In this document: piece by piece, positions 1 through 8,464 of the stretch
How the letters are laid out: each line of letters begins with the position of its first letter
Numbering within the stretch: position 1 is the stretch's first letter
DNA from: a virus
Lineage: Duplodnaviria; Caudoviricetes
Virus record (IMG/VR): IMGVR_UViG_2974646296_000001
Location: 4,965-68,964 of that record
DNA: 64,000 nt
Strand: one strand, 5' to 3'
The notes under the pieces: generated by a model
What the model saw: only the letters and a program-made list of their open reading frames with translations
Told to the model about the DNA's origin: nothing
The model's database searches: none
Translations under genes and position numbers: made by a program

Positions 1-1
1 T

Positions 2-421
2 GCAAGAGAGTCTGGTTATTTAACTAAACAGAAGTTCTCTATTATAAAGTCAAAGCATATGCACAACTACCCAATCAACCTATCTTCAATTAATAAATTC
101 AATTCAACCCCTTTGAGTTTGGATATGGAATTTCTGAAGATGGTTGAAGATGAAATAAGTATTACTGTGGATTCAGAGAAAGAAGTGGAAATGCAAACCA
201 AGAACTTCAATAAGTTTCGATTAGAGACTTATGATGTTTGTTTGGAAATGTATAAAGCTGGTAATCAGTTTTACCTAACTACTTTCTATGATGCCCGTGG
301 ACGTACCTATTCAAGAGGGTATCACATCAACTATCAAGGTAACTCTTACCGTAAAGCAATGATCAACATGATGCCAGCAGACATTAATGAAGACATTGAA
401 CAATACAAGGATTTGTTCTGA
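2..421 (+). CDS. N4-like RNA polymerase II subunit 1 (RNAP1), 5'-truncated by the window edge
   Basis: Frame is open from position 2. T7-like RNAP motif FYDARGRTYSRGYHINYQG; lies just upstream of RNAP2. Confidence 0.9.
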   Translation, partial: ARESGYLTKQKFSIIKSKHMHNYPINLSSINKFNSTPLSLDMEFLKMVEDEISITVDSEKEVEMQTKNFNKFRLETYDVCLEMYKAGNQFYLTTFYDARGRTYSRGYHINYQGNSYRKAMINMMPADINEDIEQYKDLF

Positions 422-636
422 TGCAACTACATAAGACTTACTATGACAGTGTTGATAAGAAACCTGAAGGTATTTGGGTCAGGTTTCAAAATAGAACTTG
501 GATTTATGGGGTATATCGGAATGACTTTGATTGGTGCTTACAAGATTATTTAAACCCAACTCATAAAGAACACCACGACATGAAACCAATACCACGTAAT
601 TGGATTATTGGTACTCAAGGGCAAACTACTAACTAA
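421..636 (+). CDS. Mini-ORF family member (MQLHKTY), between the RNAP subunits
   Basis: N-terminus MQLHKTY, internal IWVRF and C-terminal KPIPR match other family members. Confidence 0.7.
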   Translation: MQLHKTYYDSVDKKPEGIWVRFQNRTWIYGVYRNDFDWCLQDYLNPTHKEHHDMKPIPRNWIIGTQGQTTN

Positions 637-654
637 CTTAATAGGACTACCAAA

Positions 655-1881
655 ATGAATAAATACACTCCAATCCAATACATCATGATTCAAATCGCTA
701 ACTCATTTGGTAAAGATAAATTACTGTTTGAAGAACGAATTGAATGGGTTAAAACCAATGGTAAGAAACTACGTACATTAGCTGATGAAGCTGATGATAA
801 AGCTCAATACATTCGTGCTGTACTTGAATTAGAACGTGTATTGAATGGTCAGAAGTTTACTAATCTACCAATTGGTTTAGATGCAACTGCATCTGGTCTA
901 CAAATCCTATCTATCCTATCTGGTTGTGTAACTACTGGTTCTCAAGTTGGTTTGGTTATTCCAAATAAACGCTGTGATGTATATACAGCATTGGGTAACC
1001 ATATGAATGAATATCTACCAGAAGATAAACAGATTGTACTCTCAGGTACTCCAAGAGAAGGTCAGTTCACTAGGAGTGACTTGAAGCAACCCCTGATGAC
1101 ACATTTTTATTTCTCTAAGGAGCAACCAAAGAAAGTATTTGGTGATAATACTGTTGAACTAATTGCTTTCTATAAAGCTGTAGAACAAATGGCACCGGGA
1201 GCTAATGCATTGATGCATGATATCTATGGAGCTATGCGTAAAGAAGCTACAGAGTACAAATGGACACTTCCTGATGGTCATACAGCATTTACTCGTGTAT
1301 TCGTTGAGAAAGATTTCAAGGTTGAACTTGAAGAGTTGAAGAACCGTTCTGGCAATTCATCTACCTTTACTCACCGTATGAATGTAAATGCACCAAATGA
1401 GCGAGATGTAGCTCTAGTAGCTAACGTAGTTCACTCAGTGGATGGATTCCTTGTACGTGAGATGCAAGGACGTATGAACCATAACAAGAAACAGTTACTG
1501 AAAGTATTGGATGTAACAGCAGGATGTAAAGTAACCAATAGAGATGAAATGGTTTCTATCTATGAAGCTGAACATCTACTAAATGGTAAAACTCAATACA
1601 CTGATAATACTCTTGGTTTACTAAGAGAAGTAATTGAATCAATTATTGAGAACCCAGTTGCACCAATGACTTCAGTACATGACCAGTTCAATACTGTTGC
1701 ACCATTCTGTAATCAAATGCGTCAATATTATATTGATATTTGTGCCCAAATGACTGAATCAAATATGATTCAAAATATTCTACGTGAATTATACTTCAAC
1801 CCAAACCTACGGTATGTGAAAGAGGGTAAGCACCTAGAACTGGCTAAAGCTATTCGTAATTCAAATTACAGTATTTGTTGA
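655..1881 (+). CDS. N4-like RNA polymerase II subunit 2 (RNAP2)
   Basis: Motif A DATASGLQ, motif B RSDLKQPLMTHFY, motif C SVHDQF. Confidence 0.95.
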   Translation: MNKYTPIQYIMIQIANSFGKDKLLFEERIEWVKTNGKKLRTLADEADDKAQYIRAVLELERVLNGQKFTNLPIGLDATASGLQILSILSGCVTTGSQVGLVIPNKRCDVYTALGNHMNEYLPEDKQIVLSGTPREGQFTRSDLKQPLMTHFYFSKEQPKKVFGDNTVELIAFYKAVEQMAPGANALMHDIYGAMRKEATEYKWTLPDGHTAFTRVFVEKDFKVELEELKNRSGNSSTFTHRMNVNAPNERDVALVANVVHSVDGFLVREMQGRMNHNKKQLLKVLDVTAGCKVTNRDEMVSIYEAEHLLNGKTQYTDNTLGLLREVIESIIENPVAPMTSVHDQFNTVAPFCNQMRQYYIDICAQMTESNMIQNILRELYFNPNLRYVKEGKHLELAKAIRNSNYSIC

Positions 1882-1888
1882 GGTAACT

Positions 1889-2047
1889 ATGGAATTTAAA
1901 GTTGGTGATGAAGTATTAAACACATCTAGTTTACGTATAGGTAGAGTAATTGAAGTTTTTACTGCTCATTGTTTAATTCAATACCGTGATGAACAAAGAT
2001 TAGTTCACAAAGACAATATATTACCATTGTCTTACTTATATCGTTAA
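1889..2047 (+). CDS. Small hypothetical protein (52 aa, MEFKVGDEV; SH3/KOW-like)
   Basis: Hand-translated; GAGG RBS; FKVGDxV start is common in small phage beta-barrel proteins. Confidence 0.6.
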   Translation: MEFKVGDEVLNTSSLRIGRVIEVFTAHCLIQYRDEQRLVHKDNILPLSYLYR

Positions 2048-2055
2048 ACAATATT

Positions 2056-2087
2056 CGGTACTCTTCGGAGTACCGGTATTTTTTTTT
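2056..2087 (+). terminator. Rho-independent terminator
   Basis: CGGTACTC-TTCG-GAGTACCG followed by a T run. Confidence 0.85.
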
Positions 2088-2099
2088 AGGAACCGTTAA

Positions 2100-3498
2100 A
2101 TGAAATTAATAAATACTTATAAAAGCTTTGATAGTCAAAGACCTTGGTTAATAGAAATTCCTATTACTAATAAAAATTTAATTACTTTAAATAAATTAAA
2201 AATGGGGTTTGATGTATATCATTTTAGAAACACAAACTCACTAGAGTGGTGCGGGGATATAATTAAGAAGGGAAAATAAATGAAATTATTAAATGTGTAC
2301 TACAACAAAGATTCTAGTAGAGATTATCCTTTATTAGAGATACCAAATGGAATTAAATTAATTTCTGTACCTTGTTATACCTATACAGCAATTCAAGAAT
2401 ATACTTTTGCGCGTCCTCAACAAGCTAAACAATGGTGTGGTGATAAATTAACAAGGAAAGATAATGAAATTATTTCCAACTTACAAAAATGATTACGATT
2501 CAGCTATGATTGAATTTGTAACTAATAAATATACATGTACTTTATATTGGGATGATCTTGTAAATCACAATAATGATGTAGGGCATTACAAAACTAGCTA
2601 TTGTAAATTTAGAATAACCAAGGATTCAAATGAAATTACTTAATGTTTGGGTACATCCTACTGAACCTGAAAGTTGGTTCCACTATTTTAAAGTAAATAA
2701 CCAAGTAATAAGATTTATACCTTCACCAAAACATAGAATAAATAATTGCCCTCTTAGAATAATACCAAATCATTTCGTTAAACTAGATAAACAATTAACA
2801 GTTCTTCGAACTGTTTAGTGGAGGTAATTTTATGAAATTATTATCAACTTATTATAACCAAAATGTTGATTTTGCTATTTGGAATGTAACTGGAAGGTAC
2901 GTTAAATTTTAAAGTGAAGATAAAATTTTAACTAGAACTTTGGGTGTAGATAAGGAACGTTGGATATATATTAATAGTTATAAACGTATTCCACGTAAAA
3001 TTAATACCCAACAAGATAGTCTAGATTAACTATATGAAACTAATTAAAAATACTTCTGCTTGGAATAATAATTGTTGGTTTAAAATTAATTTAATTGAAA
3101 CTAAAGCTATAGCTTTCAGTAAATTCTTTAAAAGATTTATTGTATACAGGAAAGTAAATTATGAAGTTAATTAAAAACTCAGCAATCAATAAACCGTTAT
3201 ACCCATAACTATATATGATAGGGTTATCTATCACGGATTACGTTTGGTTCAGACCTTGGAATAAAGATTTTAAAATTAAAACAACAAAAGGAAGTTATTT
3301 ATAAAAATGCAACTTCTACTTATTTATGAAGATAACAAGTACCCTAATGATTATTGTTGGTTACTTAAATATAAGTTATCTATATTTGCCTTAGATACTT
3401 CTGCAAAGAAACTTATAAGTTATTGGGGTATTCATCCATTGCCTACTGACTTTGTTAAAAAACAAAAGGAAATTATTTATAATAATGAAAATAACTAA
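2100..3498 (+). CDS. Cluster A of mini-ORFs: 2100-2279, 2280-2492, 2464-2643, 2630-2818, 2832-3029 (internal stop), 3034-3174, 3161-3304 (internal stop), 3307-3498
   Basis: Hand-translated starts: MKLINTY, MKLLNVY, MKLFPTY, MKLLNVW, MKLLSTY, MKLIKNT, MKLIKNS, MQLLLIY. The first two are clear paralogues (PWLIEIP/PLLEIP, EWCGD/QWCGD). Confidence 0.75.
2832..3029 (+). pseudogene. Mini-ORF with in-frame TAA at 2910-2912
   Basis: Frame continues past the stop to YKRIPRK, the family's IPR motif. Confidence 0.65.
3161..3304 (+). pseudogene. Mini-ORF with in-frame TAA at 3206-3208
   Basis: MKLIKNSAINKPLYP*LYMIGLSITDYVWFRPW...; frame preserved after the stop. Confidence 0.55.
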
Positions 3499-3730
3499 AT
3501 ATAATATTCACCATTTTCTAGATAAAATTGAATATGATTATTCAACAGAAACCTTAACTTTCTATACTAATATTAATGGTTATTACTTACCTGTAAGTAT
3601 TATCAATATTAGTTTAGAACCAACAGTAGTAATTACTACTAATATTAAACAATTAGATAGTCTAGGCATTACTAGAGATAAACTGTTTGAAGGTGCTATA
3701 CGATGCAAGAATTTAAGAGGGTACTCGTAA
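3452..3730 (+). CDS. Hypothetical protein (likely start MKITKY at about 3485)
   Basis: ORF track; ATG overlaps the end of the upstream mini-ORF. Confidence 0.55.
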   Translation: MLKNKRKLFIIMKITKYNIHHFLDKIEYDYSTETLTFYTNINGYYLPVSIINISLEPTVVITTNIKQLDSLGITRDKLFEGAIRCKNLRGYS

Positions 3731-3975
3731 AAGTAAATGTAGATAAGTTACAAATCGGTTTATCTATTAATAGTTTTGGTGCTAAACCAAAGTACTGTAC
3801 TGGTTACAAATATGGTTCAATTCGCTTTTATATACCTTTAAAGAGTTTACTTGAACAAGGATTTAGTTTTCCAGATAAGTCACCAGAGTGGTATGAACAA
3901 GGCAGTGCCCTAATAGACAACATACCTTGTTACTGTCTCTGGGATAGTGAAGTAGAGGTACTAGCGGAGAGTTAA
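3703..3975 (+). CDS. Hypothetical protein
   Basis: ORF track; overlaps the preceding gene. Confidence 0.55.
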   Translation: MQEFKRVLVKVNVDKLQIGLSINSFGAKPKYCTGYKYGSIRFYIPLKSLLEQGFSFPDKSPEWYEQGSALIDNIPCYCLWDSEVEVLAES

Positions 3976-4485
3976 ACTGTATTCATGAATACCACTAGCA
4001 ATAGCTAATGCTAATTCTTCTTTATGGTTTTTCATAAGCAGATAGTCTACATCATTGTCAATGAATCCCGGCTCTAAAATTACACAAGGCATACTAGTAG
4101 CTCGTAGGATTAGTTCACGTTCACTTGGTTTAACACCTCTATCACGTAAATCTAGAATATCTACAATTGAATCCTGAATGAACTGTGCAAGTTTAGCACC
4201 ACGTTTACTTGAAGGGTAATGAAGTACTTCAGTGCCAGAAGCAATCTTATTGAAAGCGTTACAGTGAAGCTCTACAGCTACATCTGCACCGGTAGCATTA
4301 ATTTTCTTAGGTAAGTCTTTCAGACTTTCCCGCCAAACCAATACAACTTCATGACCAAGTTTATGTAGTTGTTCTTTAATCAATGGTGCAAGTGCACTAT
4401 TAAATTGAAACTCAGTAACACCATATGTTTGGTTTACTGCTCCTTGTTCCTTTTCTGAATGTCCTACAGAAAGACAAATTTTCAT
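3961..4485 (-). CDS. Endolysin, N-acetylmuramoyl-L-alanine amidase (Amidase_3)
   Basis: LSVGHS...E, VELHCNA, ASGTEV and PCVILEPGFIDN zinc-amidase motifs. Confidence 0.93.
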   Translation of the reverse strand: MKICLSVGHSEKEQGAVNQTYGVTEFQFNSALAPLIKEQLHKLGHEVVLVWRESLKDLPKKINATGADVAVELHCNAFNKIASGTEVLHYPSSKRGAKLAQFIQDSIVDILDLRDRGVKPSERELILRATSMPCVILEPGFIDNDVDYLLMKNHKEELALAIASGIHEYSLTLR

Positions 4486-4508
4486 TTAATTACCTTTAGG
4501 AGTTTACT

Positions 4509-4805
4509 ATGAATCTGAAACACATTATTACCTTACGTGACCAAAAAATTCAAACACCTCGTTTAGTAATTCTTTGTATGGTTCACCATTTACAAATGAA
4601 AACTAACTCTGCATTTGTAGGTGAACTATCTGCTTTGTATTCACAAGTAGGTCGTGGAACTTACAGTTACACAGCAGTAAATGTTATGTGCAATAAACTG
4701 GTTAAGTATGGTTTGTTACATAAAACTAAAGAAGGTATTTATCCTTCATATAGTCTTACTCAACAAGCAGAGAAACTTATCAAACCTTTTGTAGAAGAGT
4801 TCTAA
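4509..4805 (+). CDS. Winged-helix DNA-binding protein (PadR/MarR-like)
   Basis: SYTAVNVMCNKLVKYGLL...YSLTQQAEKL resembles a wHTH recognition helix and wing. Confidence 0.6.
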   Translation: MNLKHIITLRDQKIQTPRLVILCMVHHLQMKTNSAFVGELSALYSQVGRGTYSYTAVNVMCNKLVKYGLLHKTKEGIYPSYSLTQQAEKLIKPFVEEF

Positions 4806-4806
4806 T

Positions 4807-5013
4807 ATGGAATTACTACCTACTTATAAGTACCTTCAAGTACCTTTTTCAGAAAGTACTGTTTGGTTTTCTTTCAATGGGTGGGATGTTGGAATCTTAG
4901 ATATTTTGGATAGACATCATAATTACCTAAGAGTAGACCAAACCAGTGAAGAAGAAGCTCTATTAACTTGTTCGGATGAAAGATTCGAAAGAAGAACTAA
5001 ACAGGACAACTAA
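4807..5013 (+). CDS. Mini-ORF family member (MELLPTY)
   Basis: Family N-terminus and VWFSF motif. Confidence 0.65.
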   Translation: MELLPTYKYLQVPFSESTVWFSFNGWDVGILDILDRHHNYLRVDQTSEEEALLTCSDERFERRTKQDN

Positions 5014-5014
5014 T

Positions 5015-5329
5015 ATGCTCTTTGACAGTGTTAGAAAAGCAAACCAATTAGAGTTACCCATTAACTACAATACTTCTCATTGGTCTGTTAGAAAACAAGC
5101 CAGAGAGTAATATGTAGCTCTACAAGATGGTAAATGTTGGTTCTGTAAGAATTTACTTAAAGAGGAACCAACAGAAGAAATACTATCTAAACCAATCAAC
5201 ATGAAACTATTCCCTAAGAATATGTTTCAATATCCAATTCATTTACATCATGACCACAATACTGGAATGACAATTGGTGCAGTACATGCACGTTGTAATG
5301 CAGTGTTATGGGAGTACTATGGAGAATAG
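5015..5329 (+). pseudogene. Endonuclease VII-like HNH protein with in-frame TAA at 5108-5110
   Basis: ...ARE*YVALQDGKCWFC...IHLHHDHNTGMTIGAVHARCNAVLW; CxxC plus HxDH...GxxH/CN pattern; frame intact. Confidence 0.75.
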
Positions 5330-5338
5330 GAGTCTACT

Positions 5339-5758
5339 ATGGCTATTAAATTACACTTGGTTCGGGATGATGAAACTAAAGTTGTTCCTTATGGTTTCTC
5401 TTGGACTACATTTATCTTTTCATTCTGGCCTTCACTAATTCGTAAAGATTGGGGGAGTGCTTTCAAAATTCTACTAGTAAGTTTCTGTACCACGCTAGGT
5501 TTGACTCTTGCTGGTTCATTGATTTATCACTACGAAAGTATGCATGGTGTATATCTACTTATTTACCTGTTAACTGTACTAATTGATTGGGTAATTGCAG
5601 ATAAGGTAAACAATTGGTATTCGCGTAAACTTGCTTATCTTGGTTGGAAAGTAGATTGGGTTAAAACACTTGAATCCAATGAACGTATCCGTGAACCAAG
5701 AACAGTATTAAATCTGTTAGCAGTAGATGGTTATTCATTTAAGGGTGATTATTCATGA
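5339..5758 (+). CDS. Membrane protein (DUF2628-like)
   Basis: VPYGFSWTTFIFSFWPSLIRKDW followed by hydrophobic helices. Confidence 0.6.
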   Translation: MAIKLHLVRDDETKVVPYGFSWTTFIFSFWPSLIRKDWGSAFKILLVSFCTTLGLTLAGSLIYHYESMHGVYLLIYLLTVLIDWVIADKVNNWYSRKLAYLGWKVDWVKTLESNERIREPRTVLNLLAVDGYSFKGDYS

Positions 5759-6057
5759 AACAATTAAGTTTGTTTATTTTACTTTTCCTATCTGTATTTA
5801 TCTTTGGCTGTAAATCTGAAGCTTCAGATATTCCAAGAAAATCATTACTTCAACTTGGTTTTGAACAGAAGTTAAGTACCGATAACATGCGTATATACCA
5901 AAATGTGTATAGTGGTAATTGTTACGTATGGAATAACTGGGCACATGGTGGTGAAATGTCATCGGTTCCTTGTTCTGACTTTGGATTACAAACCAAAGAA
6001 GAATTAGAACTACTTGAGAAACAGCAATACTTAAAGTTAAAGGAAAAGTTTGAATGA
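5755..6057 (+). CDS. Putative lipoprotein
   Basis: Signal peptide ending VFIFGC (lipobox-like). Confidence 0.6.
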   Translation: MKQLSLFILLFLSVFIFGCKSEASDIPRKSLLQLGFEQKLSTDNMRIYQNVYSGNCYVWNNWAHGGEMSSVPCSDFGLQTKEELELLEKQQYLKLKEKFE

Positions 6058-6905
6058 TTGATTACCAGTACATCCAACTATGTAAACGTATCTTAGCTGA
6101 AGGTAAATGGGTAACTAACCAACGCACTGGTAAACGTTGTTTAACTATTCGTAATGCAACCTTCCACTACACACCACTACTCTACGGTAATGGTTGGTAT
6201 GGTAATTTCCCTTTGGATACCACTCGGAAAAGCTTCTGGAAAGCAGCTATTGCAGAGTTACTTGGTTATCTGAAGGGTTACACCAATGCACATGAATTCC
6301 AAGCTCTAGGTGCTCCTACGTGGATTAATAATGCATACAATCCTGTATGGTTAGAGAATCCTAACTGTAAAGGTGGTGGGGATATGGGACATTGTTATGG
6401 TTCTGTAGGTCATAACTTTGGTGGGGTAAACCAATTCAAGAAAGTATATGATGATTTATCTGCTGGTATTGATGACAGGGGTGAGATTATTACCTTCTGG
6501 AAACCAGATGACTTCGATAAAGCTTGTCTACGTCCTTGTATGTTCCAACATCATTTCACTTTGATTGATGACCAACTATCACTTACTTCGTATCAGCGTA
6601 GTTGTGATGTTCCGTTAGGGCTAAACTTTAACATGATTCAAGTATATGTATTCTTGGTTCTAATGGCTCAGATTACAGGTAATCAACCATTGGGTGCTAC
6701 GCACCATATTGTGAATGCTCATATGTATGAAGACCAAGTAGAGCTAATGGAAGAACAAGTTAAACGTCAACCATTAGATATGCCTAAGCTTTGGGTAAAT
6801 CCAAACATTACTACATGGGATGATTTGATGAATGCAACTTTAGATGATTTCAAAGTTGAAGATTACAAACACCACCCTGCAATCAAATATCCATTTACTA
6901 CTTAA
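6054..6905 (+). CDS. thyA: Thymidylate synthase
   Basis: RTG, LRPC (catalytic Cys), YQRSCDVPLGLNFN, NAHMYEDQ. Confidence 0.97.
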   Translation: MIDYQYIQLCKRILAEGKWVTNQRTGKRCLTIRNATFHYTPLLYGNGWYGNFPLDTTRKSFWKAAIAELLGYLKGYTNAHEFQALGAPTWINNAYNPVWLENPNCKGGGDMGHCYGSVGHNFGGVNQFKKVYDDLSAGIDDRGEIITFWKPDDFDKACLRPCMFQHHFTLIDDQLSLTSYQRSCDVPLGLNFNMIQVYVFLVLMAQITGNQPLGATHHIVNAHMYEDQVELMEEQVKRQPLDMPKLWVNPNITTWDDLMNATLDDFKVEDYKHHPAIKYPFTT

Positions 6906-6914
6906 GGAACTGTA

Positions 6915-7091
6915 ATGGAACGTGATGATAAATTAATGGATGCTATTGATGTCCTGGTTCAATCTTTTATTGATAGCGGTGCACCTAACTTTCAAGGTCA
7001 TCGTGTACAAGATACAGAAACAGGGCAACAGTACACTATTGTTGTACATAAACTAGGTGGTTTAATTCCTGACCAATCTAAGTTTGAATAA
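6915..7091 (+). CDS. Small hypothetical protein (58 aa)
   Basis: Hand-translated; AAGGA RBS. Confidence 0.55.
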   Translation: MERDDKLMDAIDVLVQSFIDSGAPNFQGHRVQDTETGQQYTIVVHKLGGLIPDQSKFE

Positions 7092-7100
7092 GGTGAACCA

Positions 7101-7259
7101 ATGAAATCTAAAATACCACAAGATATTAAAATCTATATTGAAGGTTTTGGTGGTAAACAAGACCGTAAAAAATTAGGTAAGTATTACCATGCTAAACCTG
7201 AAGTACTTACCCGAGTAAATCAAAACACTAAAGACTTCTTTAATAACCGTGTTGAATAA
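7101..7259 (+). CDS. Small basic hypothetical protein (52 aa)
   Basis: Hand-translated; AGGTG RBS. Confidence 0.55.
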   Translation: MKSKIPQDIKIYIEGFGGKQDRKKLGKYYHAKPEVLTRVNQNTKDFFNNRVE

Positions 7260-7317
7260 TAACTAATCTAGGGTAGTATCTATATGGCTGTTCCAACAAT
7301 CTAATGAGGTAAGTTAC

Positions 7318-7518
7318 ATGGATACTGTTCTATATTGGTTTCAAATTGTTCTAACTGTATTTGGTGCTGCATCTGTAATCGTAGCTGCTCTTAAACCAAT
7401 TGCAGCTCTTACAGAAACCAAGAAAGATGATGAACTGTTGTATAAGATTGGCAAAGGTCTAGATGTAGTTATCAAAGTTCTAGATAAACTAGCTGTCAAT
7501 ACAACTCCTAAGAAGTAA
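7318..7518 (+). CDS. Putative holin
   Basis: N-terminal transmembrane helix, TETKKDD motif, basic tail; precedes a spanin-like pair. Confidence 0.55.
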   Translation: MDTVLYWFQIVLTVFGAASVIVAALKPIAALTETKKDDELLYKIGKGLDVVIKVLDKLAVNTTPKK

Positions 7519-7524
7519 TCTCTT

Positions 7525-7740
7525 ATGGATTATTCAAAAATTCTAAGTGCTATCAGTGAGGTAGCACTTTTTATTATTAGGTTAGTTAAGAAATCTAATA
7601 AGGATGATTATGAAAACAATCGTCTTAAAGAAGAATATGATGCTGCTGATGCTTTTGAGTCTAAGTTCAACCCTCACGGGTTGTCAGGTGGTAAATCAGA
7701 AGTGTCAGGTAACAACACCAATCCTAGTGAAAGGAGTTGA
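7525..7740 (+). CDS. Putative i-spanin (Rz-like)
   Basis: Hydrophobic N-terminus; overlaps a lipoprotein gene in another frame. Confidence 0.5.
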   Translation: MDYSKILSAISEVALFIIRLVKKSNKDDYENNRLKEEYDAADAFESKFNPHGLSGGKSEVSGNNTNPSERS

Positions 7741-7834
7741 TTACCAAAGGGTAGGTAATGAAATCTTTCTAATGCCTATTGGAACTCAACGACTATTAGA
7801 CTATATTCATGACTTAGAAGAATGTAGTTTATAA
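7604..7834 (+). CDS. Putative o-spanin (Rz1-like lipoprotein)
   Basis: Lipobox LTGC after a signal peptide; overlapping arrangement as in Rz/Rz1. Confidence 0.65.
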   Translation: MIMKTIVLKKNMMLLMLLSLSSTLTGCQVVNQKCQVTTPILVKGVDYQRVGNEIFLMPIGTQRLLDYIHDLEECSL

Positions 7835-7997
7835 AGGAATTACATGAGAAAGAACAAGAGATACAAAAGAGATTTAAACAATCGTATCAATCATCGTTCT
7901 TATGTGAATACTGTATTCAAACGCCGCCGTGTATCGCTACCTGTGGCAAACTAAAACAACTGTCAGTGTAAATAAACGAGTTGTTTAACCCTAGACT

Positions 7998-8024
7998 AGC
8001 CTACCAAGTGTAGGCTTTTCTTTT
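7998..8024 (+). terminator. Rho-independent terminator
   Basis: AGCCTAC/GTAGGCT stem plus T run. Confidence 0.7.
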
Positions 8025-8046
8025 ACCATTAAATAGGAACCAACAT

Positions 8047-8373
8047 ATGAACAATGAATTCGTAGCAATGGCTACATATACCTGTCCTGTTTGTTTTAAA
8101 GAACACTCACGTAATGCTGAGATTCTGATTCACAAACAAATGAAACCAATCAAAAATACTAAAGCTGGTTTTCATCTATGTGATGAACATTACAAAGATG
8201 GTTATGTATGTTTGGTTGAAGTTAATCCTGTAACTGAATACACTACTGGAACTTACATGCATGTACGTGAAGAAGTGTATCCCCGGTTGTTTAATGTTGA
8301 ACGTGGTGAGCATGAATTTGTATTCATCGAACCAAGTGCTACTGAAAAGTTACGTTCAATGATTCCTGAATAA
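8047..8373 (+). CDS. Zinc-binding hypothetical protein
   Basis: CPVC...LCDEH...VC. Confidence 0.6.
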   Translation: MNNEFVAMATYTCPVCFKEHSRNAEILIHKQMKPIKNTKAGFHLCDEHYKDGYVCLVEVNPVTEYTTGTYMHVREEVYPRLFNVERGEHEFVFIEPSATEKLRSMIPE

Positions 8374-8381
8374 ATTAATGT

Positions 8382-8458
8382 GTCCTGTTAGCTCAATTGG
8401 ATAGAGCAAGATGTTTCTACCGTCTAGGTTATAGGTTCGAATCCTATACGGGATGCCA
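8382..8458 (+). tRNA. trnR: tRNA-Arg(TCT)
   Basis: Full cloverleaf: GTCCTGT/ACGGGAT acceptor, GCTC/GAGC D arm, loop TTTCTAC, ATAGG-TTCGAAT-CCTAT T arm, encoded CCA. Confidence 0.95.
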
Positions 8459-8464
8459 CTTCTT

